From the NCBI GenBank assembly GCA_040767195.1, contig JAXGPA010000004.1, positions 1-64,000 of the forward strand: a stretch of 64,000 nucleotides of DNA, written 5' to 3'. Shown here piece by piece: positions 28,503 to 39,775 of the stretch. The notes under the pieces were generated by a model that worked only from the letters and a program-made list of their open reading frames with translations, did not search any database and was not told where the DNA came from. A program made the translations under genes and the position numbers. This DNA comes from Syntrophales bacterium (GTDB lineage: Bacteria > Desulfobacterota > Syntrophia > Syntrophales > UBA6807). Numbering within the stretch: the first letter of the stretch is position 1; every line of letters starts with the position of its first letter.

Positions 28503-29087
28503 ATGAAAACACGCAAGTCGGCAATCGTCACCCTGGTATGCCTGTTTCTTTTCGTTTTTTCGGGTATCGCGGCGGCGGACCAGTGCGTCCGGATTCCTTA
28601 CGCGGCCCACAACCCGACGGCGGGCTGGGCCGTGGGCGTCGCGATCACAAACTACGCGGGAACGGCCATCGAAGATCTCACCCTGGACGTCGTCACCAGC
28701 GAGGGGGAATATTACCTCGGCGGGGTCAGCGCGAAGGCCGTGGGAGATGATCGGGAAGATCTTGCAGCGCCATCTATTCCTATTGTTACGAACTACCGAA
28801 AGGACCTCGGAACACTGGATGAGTACGCCATGATGGTGAACACGCTGAACGGTCTTTACGGAAAGACACTGCCCTATGACGAGAAAGGGCGTTACTGGTG
28901 TGAAATATGGCACCCCGGATCGGAGAAATTCGGAGTCTGTGTCTTCGTCCTGAACACCAATTCGGGAGCCGGGGAAGGATTCGGATTCCAGACATACGAT
29001 TCCGCCTCCCGGGCTCATACATTCTCTGAACACATAGAGTATATCGGACCGATAGGACCGGAACCCCCTATTGAACCGCCATTTTAG
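28503..29087 (+). CDS. hypothetical exported protein (194 aa)
   Basis: GGAGG RBS; signal peptide MKTRKSAIVTLVCLFLFVFSGIAAA; Pro-rich C-terminus; no family recognised. Confidence 0.7.
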   Translation: MKTRKSAIVTLVCLFLFVFSGIAAADQCVRIPYAAHNPTAGWAVGVAITNYAGTAIEDLTLDVVTSEGEYYLGGVSAKAVGDDREDLAAPSIPIVTNYRKDLGTLDEYAMMVNTLNGLYGKTLPYDEKGRYWCEIWHPGSEKFGVCVFVLNTNSGAGEGFGFQTYDSASRAHTFSEHIEYIGPIGPEPPIEPPF

Positions 29088-29142
29088 CTTAGCCTGTCAA
29101 AAGCACGCTCCTGACCGGCAACGGTAACGCCAGGCGACGGTG

Positions 29143-29183
29143 AGGATGTTTTCGAGCAAGCCGTTCGAAAACATCCTTTTTTT
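29143..29183 (+). terminator. intrinsic terminator after the exported-protein gene
   Basis: AGGATGTTTTCGA-N9-TCGAAAACATCCT followed by a T tract. Confidence 0.75.
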
Positions 29184-29474
29184 GTAAAAAGGCCTCCCCT
29201 TCCTGGATCTAAACACGGTTTCGCGATGCTTCCTTCCCGGGCGACGGGGCCGCGCTTGACAATCACCCGTCTTTGAAGGCGGTGTCAGAACGGAAGTCAC
29301 GGCAAGCGAAAGCATGCTTCAAGAAGAATCGCAAATGCCCGCTTCCCCTTTCAGCACCCCTGGAAAACAGTATCCTGTTGAAATTGATGGCCCCAAGTGG
29401 TAAGGGAAAGGTCATCCGTCGCCGGTCTGGCGGAGACAGCCGGGACAACTCGGGGAGAAGCGGAAAAAAAGATC

Positions 29475-30500
29475 ATGAAAAAGGCCTTTATCACGGGAAT
29501 CACCGGCCAGGACGGATCCTACCTTGCCGAGCTCCTTCTGAACAAGGGGTACGAGGTACACGGCCTGATCCGCCGTTCGAGCACGTTCAACACCGACCGG
29601 ATCGACCACCTTTACCGGGATTTTCACGACCCCCGGGCGAAACTGTTTCTCCACTACGGAGACCTGTCCGTGTCGGGGCAGATGATGGACCTTCTCCATG
29701 ATCTTCAGCCCGACGAAATCTACCACCTGGGCGCCCAAAGCCATGTCCGCGTCAGTTTCGACATGCCCGAGTACACGGGGGACGTCACCGGCATGGGAAC
29801 CCTTCGGATCCTCGAAGCCATCCGGAAAACGGGCATCAGGACACGATTTTACCAGGCCTCGTCGAGCGAGATGTTCGGCGCCGCGCCGCCGCCCCAGAGC
29901 GAGAAGACACCGTTCCAGCCCCAGAGTCCCTACGCCGCCGCCAAGGTCTACGGCTACCACGTTACCGTCAACTACCGCCGGGCCTACGGCCTTTTCGCCT
30001 GCAACGGGATCCTCTTCAATCACGAATCCCCCCGGCGGGGAGAGACGTTCGTCACCCGGAAAATCACCCGGGCGGCCACGCGGATCAGCCTGGGGCTCCA
30101 GGAGAAGCTCTTCCTGGGGAACCTGGACGCCAGCCGGGACTGGGGTTTCGCCGGCGACTACGTGGAGGCCATGTGGCTCATGGTCCAGGCGGAAAAGCCG
30201 GACGATTACGTCATCGCCACGGGAGAAACCCACTCGGTCCGCGAATTCGTGGACCGGGTCTTCGCAAAGCTCGGCATGGACTACCGGGACCACGTGGAAA
30301 TCGACGAAAAGTACTTCCGGCCCACGGAAGTGGACATTCTCCTCGGGGACGCCGGAAAGGCGAAGCGGGACCTCGGATGGGTACCGAAAACCACCTTCGA
30401 GGGCCTCATCGACATGATGATCGAATCGGACCTGGACCTGGCGAAAAAGGAAAAAACCCTCATCGACGCCGGGTACGGACCGGGAAACCGAACCTCTTAA
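29475..30500 (+). CDS. gmd: GDP-mannose 4,6-dehydratase
   Basis: [59 protein letters not shown]. Confidence 0.97.
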   Translation: MKKAFITGITGQDGSYLAELLLNKGYEVHGLIRRSSTFNTDRIDHLYRDFHDPRAKLFLHYGDLSVSGQMMDLLHDLQPDEIYHLGAQSHVRVSFDMPEYTGDVTGMGTLRILEAIRKTGIRTRFYQASSSEMFGAAPPPQSEKTPFQPQSPYAAAKVYGYHVTVNYRRAYGLFACNGILFNHESPRRGETFVTRKITRAATRISLGLQEKLFLGNLDASRDWGFAGDYVEAMWLMVQAEKPDDYVIATGETHSVREFVDRVFAKLGMDYRDHVEIDEKYFRPTEVDILLGDAGKAKRDLGWVPKTTFEGLIDMMIESDLDLAKKEKTLIDAGYGPGNRTS

Positions 30501-30553
30501 GATCGGCGCCGGAGGCGGGGACGGCCGCAAAGAAACGAGACGGCAGGCAGAGG

Positions 30554-31552
30554 ATGGAACAAGACGAGAAGATCTACGTGGCCGGCCACCGGGGACTGGC
30601 CGGTTCGGCCATCCGCCGCTGCCTTGAAAAGCAGGGTTACCGGAATCTTGTCGTGAAGACCCGGGAGGAACTCGACCTGACCCGGCAGGCCGCCGTGGAG
30701 GCCTTCTTCGAAGAGGAACGGCCCCGGTTCGTTTTCCTCGCCGCGGCGAAGGTCGGAGGTATCCTGGCCAACAGCACCCGCCCCGCCGAATTCATCTATG
30801 AGAATCTGGCCATCGAGACAAACGTGATCCGTTCGGCCTGGGAAACGGGGGTGGAGCGGCTCCTTTTCCTGGGAAGCTCCTGCATCTACCCCCGGTCGGC
30901 CCCCCAGCCCCTGAAGGAAGAAGATCTTCTCACCGGGGAACTGGAAAGGACGAACGAGCCCTACGCCGTAGCCAAGATCGCCGGCATGAAGATGTGCGAG
31001 TCCTTCAGCCGCCAGCACGGGGCCCGCTTTTTTTCTGTCATGCCCACCAATCTCTACGGTCCGAACGACAACTTCGACCGGGAAAGTGCCCACGTGCTGC
31101 CCGCCCTGATCCGGCGTTTTCAGGAAGCGAAGGAAGCCGGGGCCGATTCGGTCACCGTCTGGGGAACGGGGACGCCGAGACGGGAATTCCTCCACTCCGA
31201 CGACATGGCCCGGGCCTGCTGCTTTCTCATGAACCTTCCCGACCCGGTCCTGGATGGCGAATTTTTCCGGTACCCCCGCCCTCCCTTCGTCAACATCGGC
31301 ACGGGGTCGGACATTTCCATCGGCGACCTGGCCGGCCTGATCCGGGACGTTACGGGGTTCGGTGGCCAGCTCCGGTTCGACCCGACGAAGCCAGACGGGA
31401 CGCCCCGGAAACTTCTCGACGTGTCCCGGATGAAACGACTCGGCTGGGCGGCCGAGATCGGCCTTCGGGAAGGCATCGAAAGCACCTGCCGGTGGTTCAG
31501 GGAAAACCGGGATCAGGGAAAAAAGGTTACGGAGAAAGAGAGCGTCCCATGA
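30554..31552 (+). CDS. fcl: GDP-L-fucose synthase
   Basis: [75 protein letters not shown]. Confidence 0.95.
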   Translation: MEQDEKIYVAGHRGLAGSAIRRCLEKQGYRNLVVKTREELDLTRQAAVEAFFEEERPRFVFLAAAKVGGILANSTRPAEFIYENLAIETNVIRSAWETGVERLLFLGSSCIYPRSAPQPLKEEDLLTGELERTNEPYAVAKIAGMKMCESFSRQHGARFFSVMPTNLYGPNDNFDRESAHVLPALIRRFQEAKEAGADSVTVWGTGTPRREFLHSDDMARACCFLMNLPDPVLDGEFFRYPRPPFVNIGTGSDISIGDLAGLIRDVTGFGGQLRFDPTKPDGTPRKLLDVSRMKRLGWAAEIGLREGIESTCRWFRENRDQGKKVTEKESVP

Positions 31553-32595
31553 GGGGTTCATCGCACCGTCAACGTATTCTGGTGACCGGCGGCGCCGGTT
31601 TCCTCGGCTCCCACCTGTGCGAGAGGCTCCTCGGCGAGGGCCACGACGTCGTGTGCGTGGACAATTTCTTCACGGGATCGAAGGAAAACATCCTTCCCCT
31701 TCTCTCCCACCCCCGGTTCGAGCTGATCCGCCACGACATCACCATGCCCCTTTTCGTCGAGGTCGACCGGATCTACAATCTCGCCTGTCCCGCGTCGCCG
31801 GTGCACTACCAGTACAACGCCATCAAGACCGTCAAGACGAACGTCCTGGGAACCATTCATGTCCTCGGAATCGCCAAGCGGGTCCGCGCCCGGATCCTGC
31901 AGGCGTCCACCTCGGAGGTCTACGGGGACCCGGAAGTCCATCCCCAGAGGGAAACCTACTGGGGGCGGGTGAACCCCATCGGGATACGGAGCTGCTACGA
32001 CGAAGGCAAGAGAGCCGCCGAGTGCCTCATGATGGACTATCACCGCCAGAACGGCGTGGACGTCAAGATCGCTCGGATCTTCAACACCTACGGGCCGAGA
32101 ATGGCCCTCGACGACGGCCGGGTGGTGAGCAACTTTATCGTCCAGGCCCTGAGGGGGGAGGACATCACCGTCTACGGCGAGGGAACCCAGACCCGGTCCT
32201 TCTGTTACGTCGACGACATGATCGAGGGCCTCACGGCGATGATGGAATCGGAGAGCGGCTTTATCGGGCCGGTCAACCTGGGAAACCCGGAAGAGTTCAC
32301 CATCCGCCGGCTTGCGGAAACCGTTATCAAAATGACGGGATCATCATCGAAAATCGTTTACAGGCCCCTTCCCCCGGATGACCCCGTCCAGCGCCGCCCC
32401 GACATCACCCTGGCAAAGGAAAGGCTTGACTGGTCCCCCCGGGTCCCCCTGGAAAAGGGGCTGGCAAAGACGATCGACTATTTCAGCAAACTTCTCCCGG
32501 AAGTTGGAACCGGTCCACGGCCGGCCGGCCCGGGATCCGGGCGGAGGAAACCCGGTGTTTCGAAAAGAGGGGTCCGAGGAAAACATGACCGTTGA
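31549..32595 (+). CDS. uxs: UDP-glucuronate decarboxylase (UDP-xylose synthase)
   Basis: [70 protein letters not shown]. Confidence 0.92.
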   Translation: MRGSSHRQRILVTGGAGFLGSHLCERLLGEGHDVVCVDNFFTGSKENILPLLSHPRFELIRHDITMPLFVEVDRIYNLACPASPVHYQYNAIKTVKTNVLGTIHVLGIAKRVRARILQASTSEVYGDPEVHPQRETYWGRVNPIGIRSCYDEGKRAAECLMMDYHRQNGVDVKIARIFNTYGPRMALDDGRVVSNFIVQALRGEDITVYGEGTQTRSFCYVDDMIEGLTAMMESESGFIGPVNLGNPEEFTIRRLAETVIKMTGSSSKIVYRPLPPDDPVQRRPDITLAKERLDWSPRVPLEKGLAKTIDYFSKLLPEVGTGPRPAGPGSGRRKPGVSKRGVRGKHDR

Positions 32596-33961
32596 AAAAC
32601 GTATTCTCTGCATCGGGGCCGGGTATGTCGGCGGCCCCACCATGGCGATGATCGCCCACAAGTGTCCCCAGTACCGGGTAACGGTCGTGGACATCAACGG
32701 GGAACGGATCGCCCGCTGGAATTCGGACAGGCTCCCCGTCTTCGAACCGGGTCTCGATGAAATCGTGAGAGACACCCGGGGCCGGAACCTGTTCTTCAGC
32801 ACCGACATCCCGAAAGGTATCGCGGAAAACGACATCATCTTCGTCAGCGTCAACACGCCCACGAAAACATTCGGCGTCGGCGCCGGCATGGCGGCGGATC
32901 TCCGGTACTGGGAAATGACGGCCCGGGAAATCCTGAAATACGCCAAGTCCCCGAAAATCGTCATTGAAAAGAGCACCCTCCCGGTCAAGACGGCCCTGGC
33001 CATGGAGCGCATCCTGAACAGCAATCATCACGGGATCGCTTTTGACGTCCTGTCGAACCCCGAGTTCCTGGCCGAGGGATCGGCCGTCCGGGACCTGGAA
33101 TCGCCGGACCGTATCCTCATCGGTTCGGAGCAGACCGAGGAGGGCCTCCGGGCCCGGGACACGCTGGTGGAAATTTACGCCAACTGGGTCCCCCGTGAAA
33201 AGATCCTGACGTCCAACATCTGGAGCAGCGAGCTTTCCAAGCTCGTGTCCAACGCCTTTCTCGCCCAGCGGATCTCCTCCATCAACGCCATTTCCGCCCT
33301 TTGCGAAAAAACGGATGCCGACGTCACCGAGGTTTCCCGGGCCGTGGGCATGGACAGCCGGATCGGTCCCAAATTCCTGAACGCCAGCATCGGCTTTGGC
33401 GGATCCTGCTTCAAGAAGGATATCCTGAACCTCGTTTACCTCTGTCAACACTACGGGCTCACGGAAGTGGCCGACTACTGGAACGCCGTTCTCCGGATCA
33501 ACGACTACCAGAAGGACCGGTTCATCCTGACGATGATTAACGCCATGTTCCACACCCTGTCGGACAAGAAGATCTGCCTGTGGGGCTTCGCCTTCAAGGC
33601 CGACACGGGAGACACCCGGGAAAGCCCCGCCATCTGCATCGCCAGAAGGCTTGTCGAGGAAAACGCCCGGGTGGTCGTTTCCGATCCCAGGGCCCTGGAA
33701 AACGCCCGGGCGGACCTACGGGACACGGGCGCGGACGTTTCCTACGTGGAGGACCCCGCGGAGGCGGCCCGGGGGTGCCACGCCCTGTGCGTTCTCACCG
33801 AGTGGGATCTTTACAGGCACCAGGATTTTGAAAAAATTTACCATTCCATGGAGAAACCGGCCTTTCTCTTTGACGGCCGGAACATCCTGGACCATGAAAT
33901 GTGCTTTGACATCGGGTTCAATGTGTATCCCATCGGGAAACCCCCCTTGACCCACTTCTGA
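32585..33961 (+). CDS. ugd: UDP-glucose 6-dehydrogenase
   Basis: [66 protein letters not shown]. Confidence 0.94.
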   Translation: MTVEKRILCIGAGYVGGPTMAMIAHKCPQYRVTVVDINGERIARWNSDRLPVFEPGLDEIVRDTRGRNLFFSTDIPKGIAENDIIFVSVNTPTKTFGVGAGMAADLRYWEMTAREILKYAKSPKIVIEKSTLPVKTALAMERILNSNHHGIAFDVLSNPEFLAEGSAVRDLESPDRILIGSEQTEEGLRARDTLVEIYANWVPREKILTSNIWSSELSKLVSNAFLAQRISSINAISALCEKTDADVTEVSRAVGMDSRIGPKFLNASIGFGGSCFKKDILNLVYLCQHYGLTEVADYWNAVLRINDYQKDRFILTMINAMFHTLSDKKICLWGFAFKADTGDTRESPAICIARRLVEENARVVVSDPRALENARADLRDTGADVSYVEDPAEAARGCHALCVLTEWDLYRHQDFEKIYHSMEKPAFLFDGRNILDHEMCFDIGFNVYPIGKPPLTHF

Positions 33962-34084
33962 CGGCTTCGTCGTGAGTCCCTGTGCTGCGTTGCCCTTCAT
34001 CCCTCGTCACTGCGGCGTACCAACCCGAACGCCTCGCTCCCCGGGATTCAGGCGCCTTGCCTCCGGACTTATTACGACGCCGTC
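33960..34084. repeat. intergenic palindromic-ended repeat, copy 2 (inverted relative to copy 1)
   Basis: Runs GACGGCTTCGT...ACGACGCCGTC; aligns along its whole length with the reverse complement of 11610..11735; overlaps the ugd stop codon. Confidence 0.85.
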
Positions 34085-34142
34085 CTGAGATGATTTACTG
34101 GCTTCTTTCTATGAGCTTATTATCCATGACAAACGGGGGCCC

Positions 34143-35162
34143 ATGATACTCATCACCGGCGCCGCCGGTTTCATCGGGTTCCACCTCGCCCGGCGCCTGC
34201 TGGAGGACGGGGAAGCCGTCACCGGCCTGGACAACCTGAACGACTACTACGACGTGTCCCTCAAGGAGGCGCGGCTGGCCCTTCTCCGGGAACACCCCCG
34301 CTTCGTCTTCCACCGGATCGATCTTGGCGACCGCCCCGCCATGGAGAACCTTTTTGGCGTTCTCGGGGAATCCGGCGATCTTACCGTGGTTCATCTCGCC
34401 GCCCAGGCGGGCGTCCGCCACTCCCTCGTCAACCCCCATGTCTACACGGACAGCAATATTACGGGCTTTCTGAACATTCTCGAGGGCTGCCGGTCCATCC
34501 GTCCCCGTCACCTGGTCTTCGCCTCTTCCAGCTCCGTTTACGGGGGCAACACGAAAATGCCCTTCTCCGTCCACGACAACGTGGATCACCCCCTGAGCCT
34601 TTACGGGGCCACCAAGAAGGCGAACGAGCTCATGGCCCACGCCTACGCCGCCCTCTTCGGCATTCCCGTCACGGGTCTCCGGTTCTTCACCGTCTACGGC
34701 CCCTGGGGCCGCCCGGACATGGCCCTCTTTCTCTTCACCCGGGCCATCCTTGACGGGAAGCCCATCGACATTTACAATTACGGCCGCATGAGACGGGATT
34801 TCACGTACGTCGACGACATCATCGAGGGGGTTGTCCGGATCATGAAACGGGTCCCCGAAGGCGCGTCCCAGCCGCCGGAAAACAGGCCGGACCCGGGCTC
34901 CCCTTTCGCTCCTTACCGGATCTACAACATCGGCAACGGCAGGCCCGTCGATCTCCTCGAATTCGTCGGCATCCTGGAAAGGCACCTGGGCCGGGAGGCG
35001 AAGAAAAACCTGCTGCCGCTCCAGCCGGGCGATGTGGCGGCCACCTGGGCCGACGTGGAAGACCTGGCGGAAGCGACCGGTTTCCGTCCCCGGACGCCCG
35101 TCGAAGAGGGAATCGGCAGGTTCGTCGCGTGGTACCGTGATTACTACGGCGGCAAGAGGTGA
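34143..35162 (+). CDS. UDP-glucuronate 4-epimerase-like NAD-dependent epimerase
   Basis: ITGAAGFIGFH, DNLNDYYDVSLK, HLAAQAGVR, ASSSSVYG, SLYGATKKANE, RFFTVYGPWGRPDMA, QPGDV. Confidence 0.92.
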   Translation: MILITGAAGFIGFHLARRLLEDGEAVTGLDNLNDYYDVSLKEARLALLREHPRFVFHRIDLGDRPAMENLFGVLGESGDLTVVHLAAQAGVRHSLVNPHVYTDSNITGFLNILEGCRSIRPRHLVFASSSSVYGGNTKMPFSVHDNVDHPLSLYGATKKANELMAHAYAALFGIPVTGLRFFTVYGPWGRPDMALFLFTRAILDGKPIDIYNYGRMRRDFTYVDDIIEGVVRIMKRVPEGASQPPENRPDPGSPFAPYRIYNIGNGRPVDLLEFVGILERHLGREAKKNLLPLQPGDVAATWADVEDLAEATGFRPRTPVEEGIGRFVAWYRDYYGGKR

Positions 35163-35228
35163 CGGCCGCCTTTATTTTCTGACAGAACCGTCGTTGAGGC
35201 AAGTAACCGATCACACCAGGAGGTTTTC

Positions 35229-36104
35229 ATGAAAGGAATCATCCTCGCCGGGGGCGCGGGAACCCGGCTCTTCCCCATCACGAGAGTCGTCAGCAAGCAG
35301 CTTCTTCCCGTTTACGACAAGCCCATGATCTATTACCCCCTGTCCGTCCTCATGCTTTCGGGCATCCGGGAGATTCTCGTGATCAGCACGCCCCAGGATC
35401 TTCCCCGGTTCCGGGAGCTTCTCGGCGACGGGTCCCAGTGGGGGCTCCGGTTCGAATACGCCGAACAGCCCCGCCCGGAGGGTCTCGCCCAGGCCTTCAT
35501 CATCGGTAAAGATTTCGTCGGCCCGGACCCTTCCTGCCTTATCCTGGGGGACAACATCTTTTTCGGCCACGGGATCACGGAAAAGCTTCGAAGGGCCGCG
35601 GCCCTGGAAAAAGGGGCCACCGTGTTCGGGTACTGGGTCAAGGATCCGGAAAGATACGGCGTGGTAAGTTTCGACGATCAGGGCCGGGCCCTGGAAATCG
35701 TTGAAAAACCAAAAAAGCCCGCGTCCAACTGGGCGGTGACGGGACTTTATTTCTACGACAACGCGGTCGTGGAGATCGCGTCGAGCCTGAAACCCTCGGC
35801 CCGGGGGGAACTGGAAATCACCGACGTGAACCGGGCCTACCTGGAAAGGGGGGACCTGCAGGTGGAAAAGCTCGGCCGGGGTATCGCCTGGCTTGACACG
35901 GGGACCCACGAAACCCTGATGGAGGCGGCCAGTTTCATCGAGGCCATCGAGCGGCGACAGGGCCTCAAGGTCGCCTGCGTCGAGGAAATCGCCTACCGGA
36001 TGAAATTCATCACCGCCGAGGAACTGGAAAAACTGGCCCGTCCTTTCGGAAACAACGGGTACGGCCGGTATCTTCTCAGCGTTCTCGAGGGCGACCTCCC
36101 GTAG
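35229..36104 (+). CDS. rmlA: glucose-1-phosphate thymidylyltransferase
   Basis: [59 protein letters not shown]. Confidence 0.96.
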   Translation: MKGIILAGGAGTRLFPITRVVSKQLLPVYDKPMIYYPLSVLMLSGIREILVISTPQDLPRFRELLGDGSQWGLRFEYAEQPRPEGLAQAFIIGKDFVGPDPSCLILGDNIFFGHGITEKLRRAAALEKGATVFGYWVKDPERYGVVSFDDQGRALEIVEKPKKPASNWAVTGLYFYDNAVVEIASSLKPSARGELEITDVNRAYLERGDLQVEKLGRGIAWLDTGTHETLMEAASFIEAIERRQGLKVACVEEIAYRMKFITAEELEKLARPFGNNGYGRYLLSVLEGDLP

Positions 36105-36323
36105 GAAAAACAGGTGCTTCCGGGGATTCTCGATCTTTGTTCCCCGGGCCGGTCCGCATCCCCGGTGATGTTGAAGCCTCTTTGGGCGCAGCCCTGACGG
36201 CTGGCAAGGGTTCCTGTATGCCGGGGAAAGTAAGGATTTATTGTAAAAAGGAAAACACAAAGTTTCAGATTTTTTTCTCGGAATTGTCAGGTTGAGTGGT
36301 CATTGATGGTCTTACGCATTGTA

Positions 36324-36364
36324 AAAAGAAAAAGGCCAGGACCGCTGGTCAGGTCCTGACCTTT
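36324..36364 (-). terminator. putative terminator of the IPTL-CTERM gene
   Basis: AAAGGTCAGGACC-N8-GGTCCTGGCCTTT hairpin followed by TTCTTTTT on the minus strand. Confidence 0.6.
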
Positions 36365-36388
36365 CCGGGTTACAGCTTACCACAATTC

Positions 36389-37138
36389 TTATGCACTCAT
36401 GTTTCTCCTTCTCAGGACCACGAGCGCTGTCACAACCGTCAGCAAGGCAAAAATGATCATGCCCCATTCGGACAGGGTGGGAATCGATGCCGACGAGGAA
36501 GTTTCTATGCTCACGGCATCGACGCCCCCTTGAAAAGATCCTTGGTTATTACATTGCGCAATACGTATACGGATCTCCTGGCCTGCGTATGGGGTCAAGT
36601 TTGCCGACATATTTTCATAGGGATAGCTTAGTGGATCTCCTTCTTCGGTAATGAACAAGTTTATAAGAATATCCTCTAGTTCTTGTGATTGTAAAGAAGC
36701 CGACGGTTTCATAATATCAACTCGCATAAACTGGCTGGCTACAGATCCGCGATAAAGACCATGATTGATGTAGAGAGGGCCTCTGTTTTCTGCATAGACA
36801 ATTGCTGAGAAATTTATCAGAGCGGCTTCAGGCAGAAGAACATCCTGAAAAATAATGTGGGTTCCATCCAGAGGGCCCGGATTACTTGGATCATAGCTTT
36901 GATCAGTCAGGGCAGCGTAAGTACCCTCTGGTGGTGCCGGGACAATACTTGCCGAACTCGGACTTGTCGTACCGCTGTATACGTAAAAATCGCCGCCGCT
37001 GCCGGGTTCATTCCAAACAGTCCATCCCGTAAAATCACCTGTTTCAAATCCACCATTTGTCACCAGTTCCGCACCCATAATCACCGTTGGAAAGGTCATA
37101 ACTGTCAGAACAACGATTAAACAAGAAAGTTTTTTCAT
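36389..37138 (-). CDS. secreted protein with IPTL-CTERM sorting signal
   Basis: Signal peptide; LVTNGGFETGDFTGWT (carbohydrate-binding-like beta-sandwich start); C-terminal IPTLSEWGMIIFALL, TM helix and RRR; low GC. Confidence 0.85.
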   Translation of the reverse strand: MKKLSCLIVVLTVMTFPTVIMGAELVTNGGFETGDFTGWTVWNEPGSGGDFYVYSGTTSPSSASIVPAPPEGTYAALTDQSYDPSNPGPLDGTHIIFQDVLLPEAALINFSAIVYAENRGPLYINHGLYRGSVASQFMRVDIMKPSASLQSQELEDILINLFITEEGDPLSYPYENMSANLTPYAGQEIRIRIAQCNNQGSFQGGVDAVSIETSSSASIPTLSEWGMIIFALLTVVTALVVLRRRNMSA

Positions 37139-37657
37139 AGACACCCCCGTATGCTGATTTTATTGCAAGTTTCGGCGTGATGACGGAAGAAAATCAAATG
37201 ATGGAACCGGCTTTTCACCTATACTGTTTCAAATAATAAGCTTATTATCGATCACGTAAGATATTTTAATATAATCCTTATTCATCCCTTTTAAATTGGT
37301 TTCGCAAACATCAGAAAGTATTTAAAAATGTATTAATTGAAATATAATTTGTCTTGTTTAGAGGGTGAACCGGTCGTGACATCTCACGTTTTTCTTAATG
37401 TTTAAACGACAAAAAATCAAGATGACATTTCACAGTGGTTCAAGAAAATATTTGCAATTACGCCATAAGACCGCATTGGAAATTAGTTGCAGGCCCCTTG
37501 CAACCGACCTTCATGAACAGGTTTTGAAAAGATTAAGCTACAGATATTATGAAATATATAATAAACTCAGCCTAAGTGCTCAGGCAGTTTTTATTCTAAT
37601 TCTAAAATTGTTTATGCCACTGGCGCCAAGGGGCGATAAATATATTTAAATAAGGCA

Positions 37658-38833
37658 TCAGATGCAGCCTCTTTGGCCGCGGGACCTCTCCAGCTCGGAG
37701 ATGCCCCGGAGTTTCGCCGTCACCTCCCGGAGCGCCGCGACGACGGCATCCATTTCCGCCACCGTGTTTTCCCGGCCCAGGCTGAAGCGGATGCTCCCGG
37801 CAGCCCATTCCCGGGGAACCCCCAGGGCCTCCATGACGTGGGAGATCACCACCGTCCCGGCGGTGCAGGCCGACCCGGCGGAGAGGGCGATTCCCCTCCT
37901 GTCCATTTCCACAAGGATTTTTTCCGCTTCGATGCCCCGGAAAGAGACGTTCAGGATGTGGGGCAGGCTTTCCCCGTCGCTCCCGTTCCGCCGGCACCCG
38001 TCGATTTCCTCGTCGATCTGCGAGGCCAGGTAATACCTGAGCTCGCCCAGGTGCTCCCCCTGGGAAGAAAGCTCCCTCCGGGCGATCTCGCACGCCTTTC
38101 CCAGGCCGGCGATCCCCGGGACGTTTTCCGTTCCCGGGCGGAACCCCCTTTCCTGCTTCCCGCCGTGGAAAAGGGGAACGACGGCAGTCCCCCGGCGGAT
38201 GTAAAGGGCCCCCACGCCCTTGGGGCCGTAAATCTTGTGACCGGACAGGGTGAGGAGATCCACCGGGAGCCTGCCCGCGTCCACCGGGACCTTCCCCACC
38301 GCCTGCACGGCATCGGTGTGGAAAAGGATGCCCCGGTCCCGGAGCAGGGGCCCGATTTCGTCGACAGGCTGAAGGGTACCTATCTCATTGTTCCCGAACA
38401 TGACGCTGACGAGGACGGTCCGGTCCGTCAGGGCGGCCTTGAGGGTTTCCGGGTCCAGGCGTCCAAAAGCGTCCACGGGCAGGACGGTGACCGAAAACCC
38501 CCGTCCTTCCAGGCCCCGGCAGGCGTCGAGGACGGCGTGGTGCTCCACTGCCGTGGTGATGACGTGATCCCCCGGGTTTCCGTGGGCCAGGGCGGCCCCC
38601 AGGACGGCCAGGTTGTCCCCTTCGGTACCCCCGCTCGTGAAAACGATCTCGTCCGGTTCCGCCCCGATGAGCGCCGCTGTTTGCCGCCGGGCCTCTTCGA
38701 CAGTCGCCTTCCCTTCCCTCCCGAAACCGTGGAGACTCGAAGGGTTCCCGAAATGCCCGCGGAAAAAAGGCATCATCGCCTCGAGCACCTCGGGATGAAC
38801 GGGGGTCGTCGCCCCGTGGTCGAGATAGATCAT
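37658..38833 (-). CDS. cysteine desulfurase (IscS/NifS class)
   Basis: MIYLDHGATTP, FGNPSSLH, FTSGGTEGDN, EHHAV, HTDAVQ, SGHKIYGPKG, RPGTEN, SAGSACT. Confidence 0.93.
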   Translation of the reverse strand: MIYLDHGATTPVHPEVLEAMMPFFRGHFGNPSSLHGFGREGKATVEEARRQTAALIGAEPDEIVFTSGGTEGDNLAVLGAALAHGNPGDHVITTAVEHHAVLDACRGLEGRGFSVTVLPVDAFGRLDPETLKAALTDRTVLVSVMFGNNEIGTLQPVDEIGPLLRDRGILFHTDAVQAVGKVPVDAGRLPVDLLTLSGHKIYGPKGVGALYIRRGTAVVPLFHGGKQERGFRPGTENVPGIAGLGKACEIARRELSSQGEHLGELRYYLASQIDEEIDGCRRNGSDGESLPHILNVSFRGIEAEKILVEMDRRGIALSAGSACTAGTVVISHVMEALGVPREWAAGSIRFSLGRENTVAEMDAVVAALREVTAKLRGISELERSRGQRGCI

Positions 38834-38842
38834 GAGACGGTC

Positions 38843-39646
38843 CTATTCCCCCTTGAAAGAGGGTTTCCTTTTCTCCGCGAAGGCCCGGACCGCTTCCCCC
38901 AGGTCTTTCGAATTGAGAAGGACCATGTTCCGGCTCATGGCCAGGTTCATCCCGTCCCCGACAGGGACGTGGCGGCTGAAATTCAGGACTTCCTTGGTGG
39001 CCCTGACGGCCAGGGGGGCGTTCTCGGCGATCTGCCGGGCAAGGTCCAGGGCCCCCGCCTCCAGGGACGCCCGGTCGGCGAAAACGGCGTTGACAAGCCC
39101 CATCCGCTCCGCTTCCCGGGCCGTGTAGAAACGGGCCGTGAAGGCCATTTCCCGGGCGAAACCCTGTCCGATGACAAGGGGCAGCCGCTGTAGAACACCC
39201 ATGTCCGCCACGAGGCCGATGGCCGTTTCCCGAAGGGAAAAAGAGGCGTCGGCGCTGCACAGGCGGATGTCGCAGGCCGAGATGATGTCGAGGCCGCCGC
39301 CGATGCACAGGCCGTTCACCGCTGCGATCACCGGCTTCGGGCAGGACTCGAGAAGATCGCAGCAGTCGAAGAGGACCCGGAGTTTTTCGGGGAAGTCCAG
39401 GCCGGCGCGGGCCGAGCCGTCCAGGCCGAGGGAAGCGAGGCTCTTGAGATCGAGGCCGGCGCAGAAGGCCTTGGCGTCGCTTCGAAGGAGGATCACCCGG
39501 ACATCCTCCCGGGCCGACAGTTCCCGGACGGCGCCGGCGATCTCGCCTGCCAGGGTGAGGTTCAGGGCGTTCAGGCTGTCCACCCGGGACAGGGAAAGGA
39601 CGGCAACCGCCCCATCAACCCGGAGATTCACGTTTTCGTAATTCAT
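38843..39646 (-). CDS. enoyl-CoA hydratase/isomerase family protein (dienoyl-CoA isomerase-like)
   Basis: LNAL, AFCAGLDL, KPVIAAVNGLCIGGG, CDIRLC, ADMGVLQRLP, EKRKPSFKG. Confidence 0.9.
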   Translation of the reverse strand: MNYENVNLRVDGAVAVLSLSRVDSLNALNLTLAGEIAGAVRELSAREDVRVILLRSDAKAFCAGLDLKSLASLGLDGSARAGLDFPEKLRVLFDCCDLLESCPKPVIAAVNGLCIGGGLDIISACDIRLCSADASFSLRETAIGLVADMGVLQRLPLVIGQGFAREMAFTARFYTAREAERMGLVNAVFADRASLEAGALDLARQIAENAPLAVRATKEVLNFSRHVPVGDGMNLAMSRNMVLLNSKDLGEAVRAFAEKRKPSFKGE

Positions 39647-39775
39647 TGCTTTGTCGCTCCCTTTTTGATCGTCTTCACGCCCTCTCGGCATGGTCGTGAT
39701 TTTGAACACCCCCGTTCCGCGTTTTCGCGCCCCGGGGGCGGTGAGCCCAAAAACCCCGCCCGGCAGGGCCTTTTC

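Noticed and set aside
29089..29162. Possible second REP-like element (AGCCTGTCAAAA...TTTTCGAGCAAGC)
   Set aside because: It is a single degenerate copy that overlaps an adequate terminator, so it cannot be supported as a repeat.
37398..37649. 83-aa ORF in the AT-rich islet
   Set aside because: It has no RBS or recognisable motif and is probably a chance ORF.
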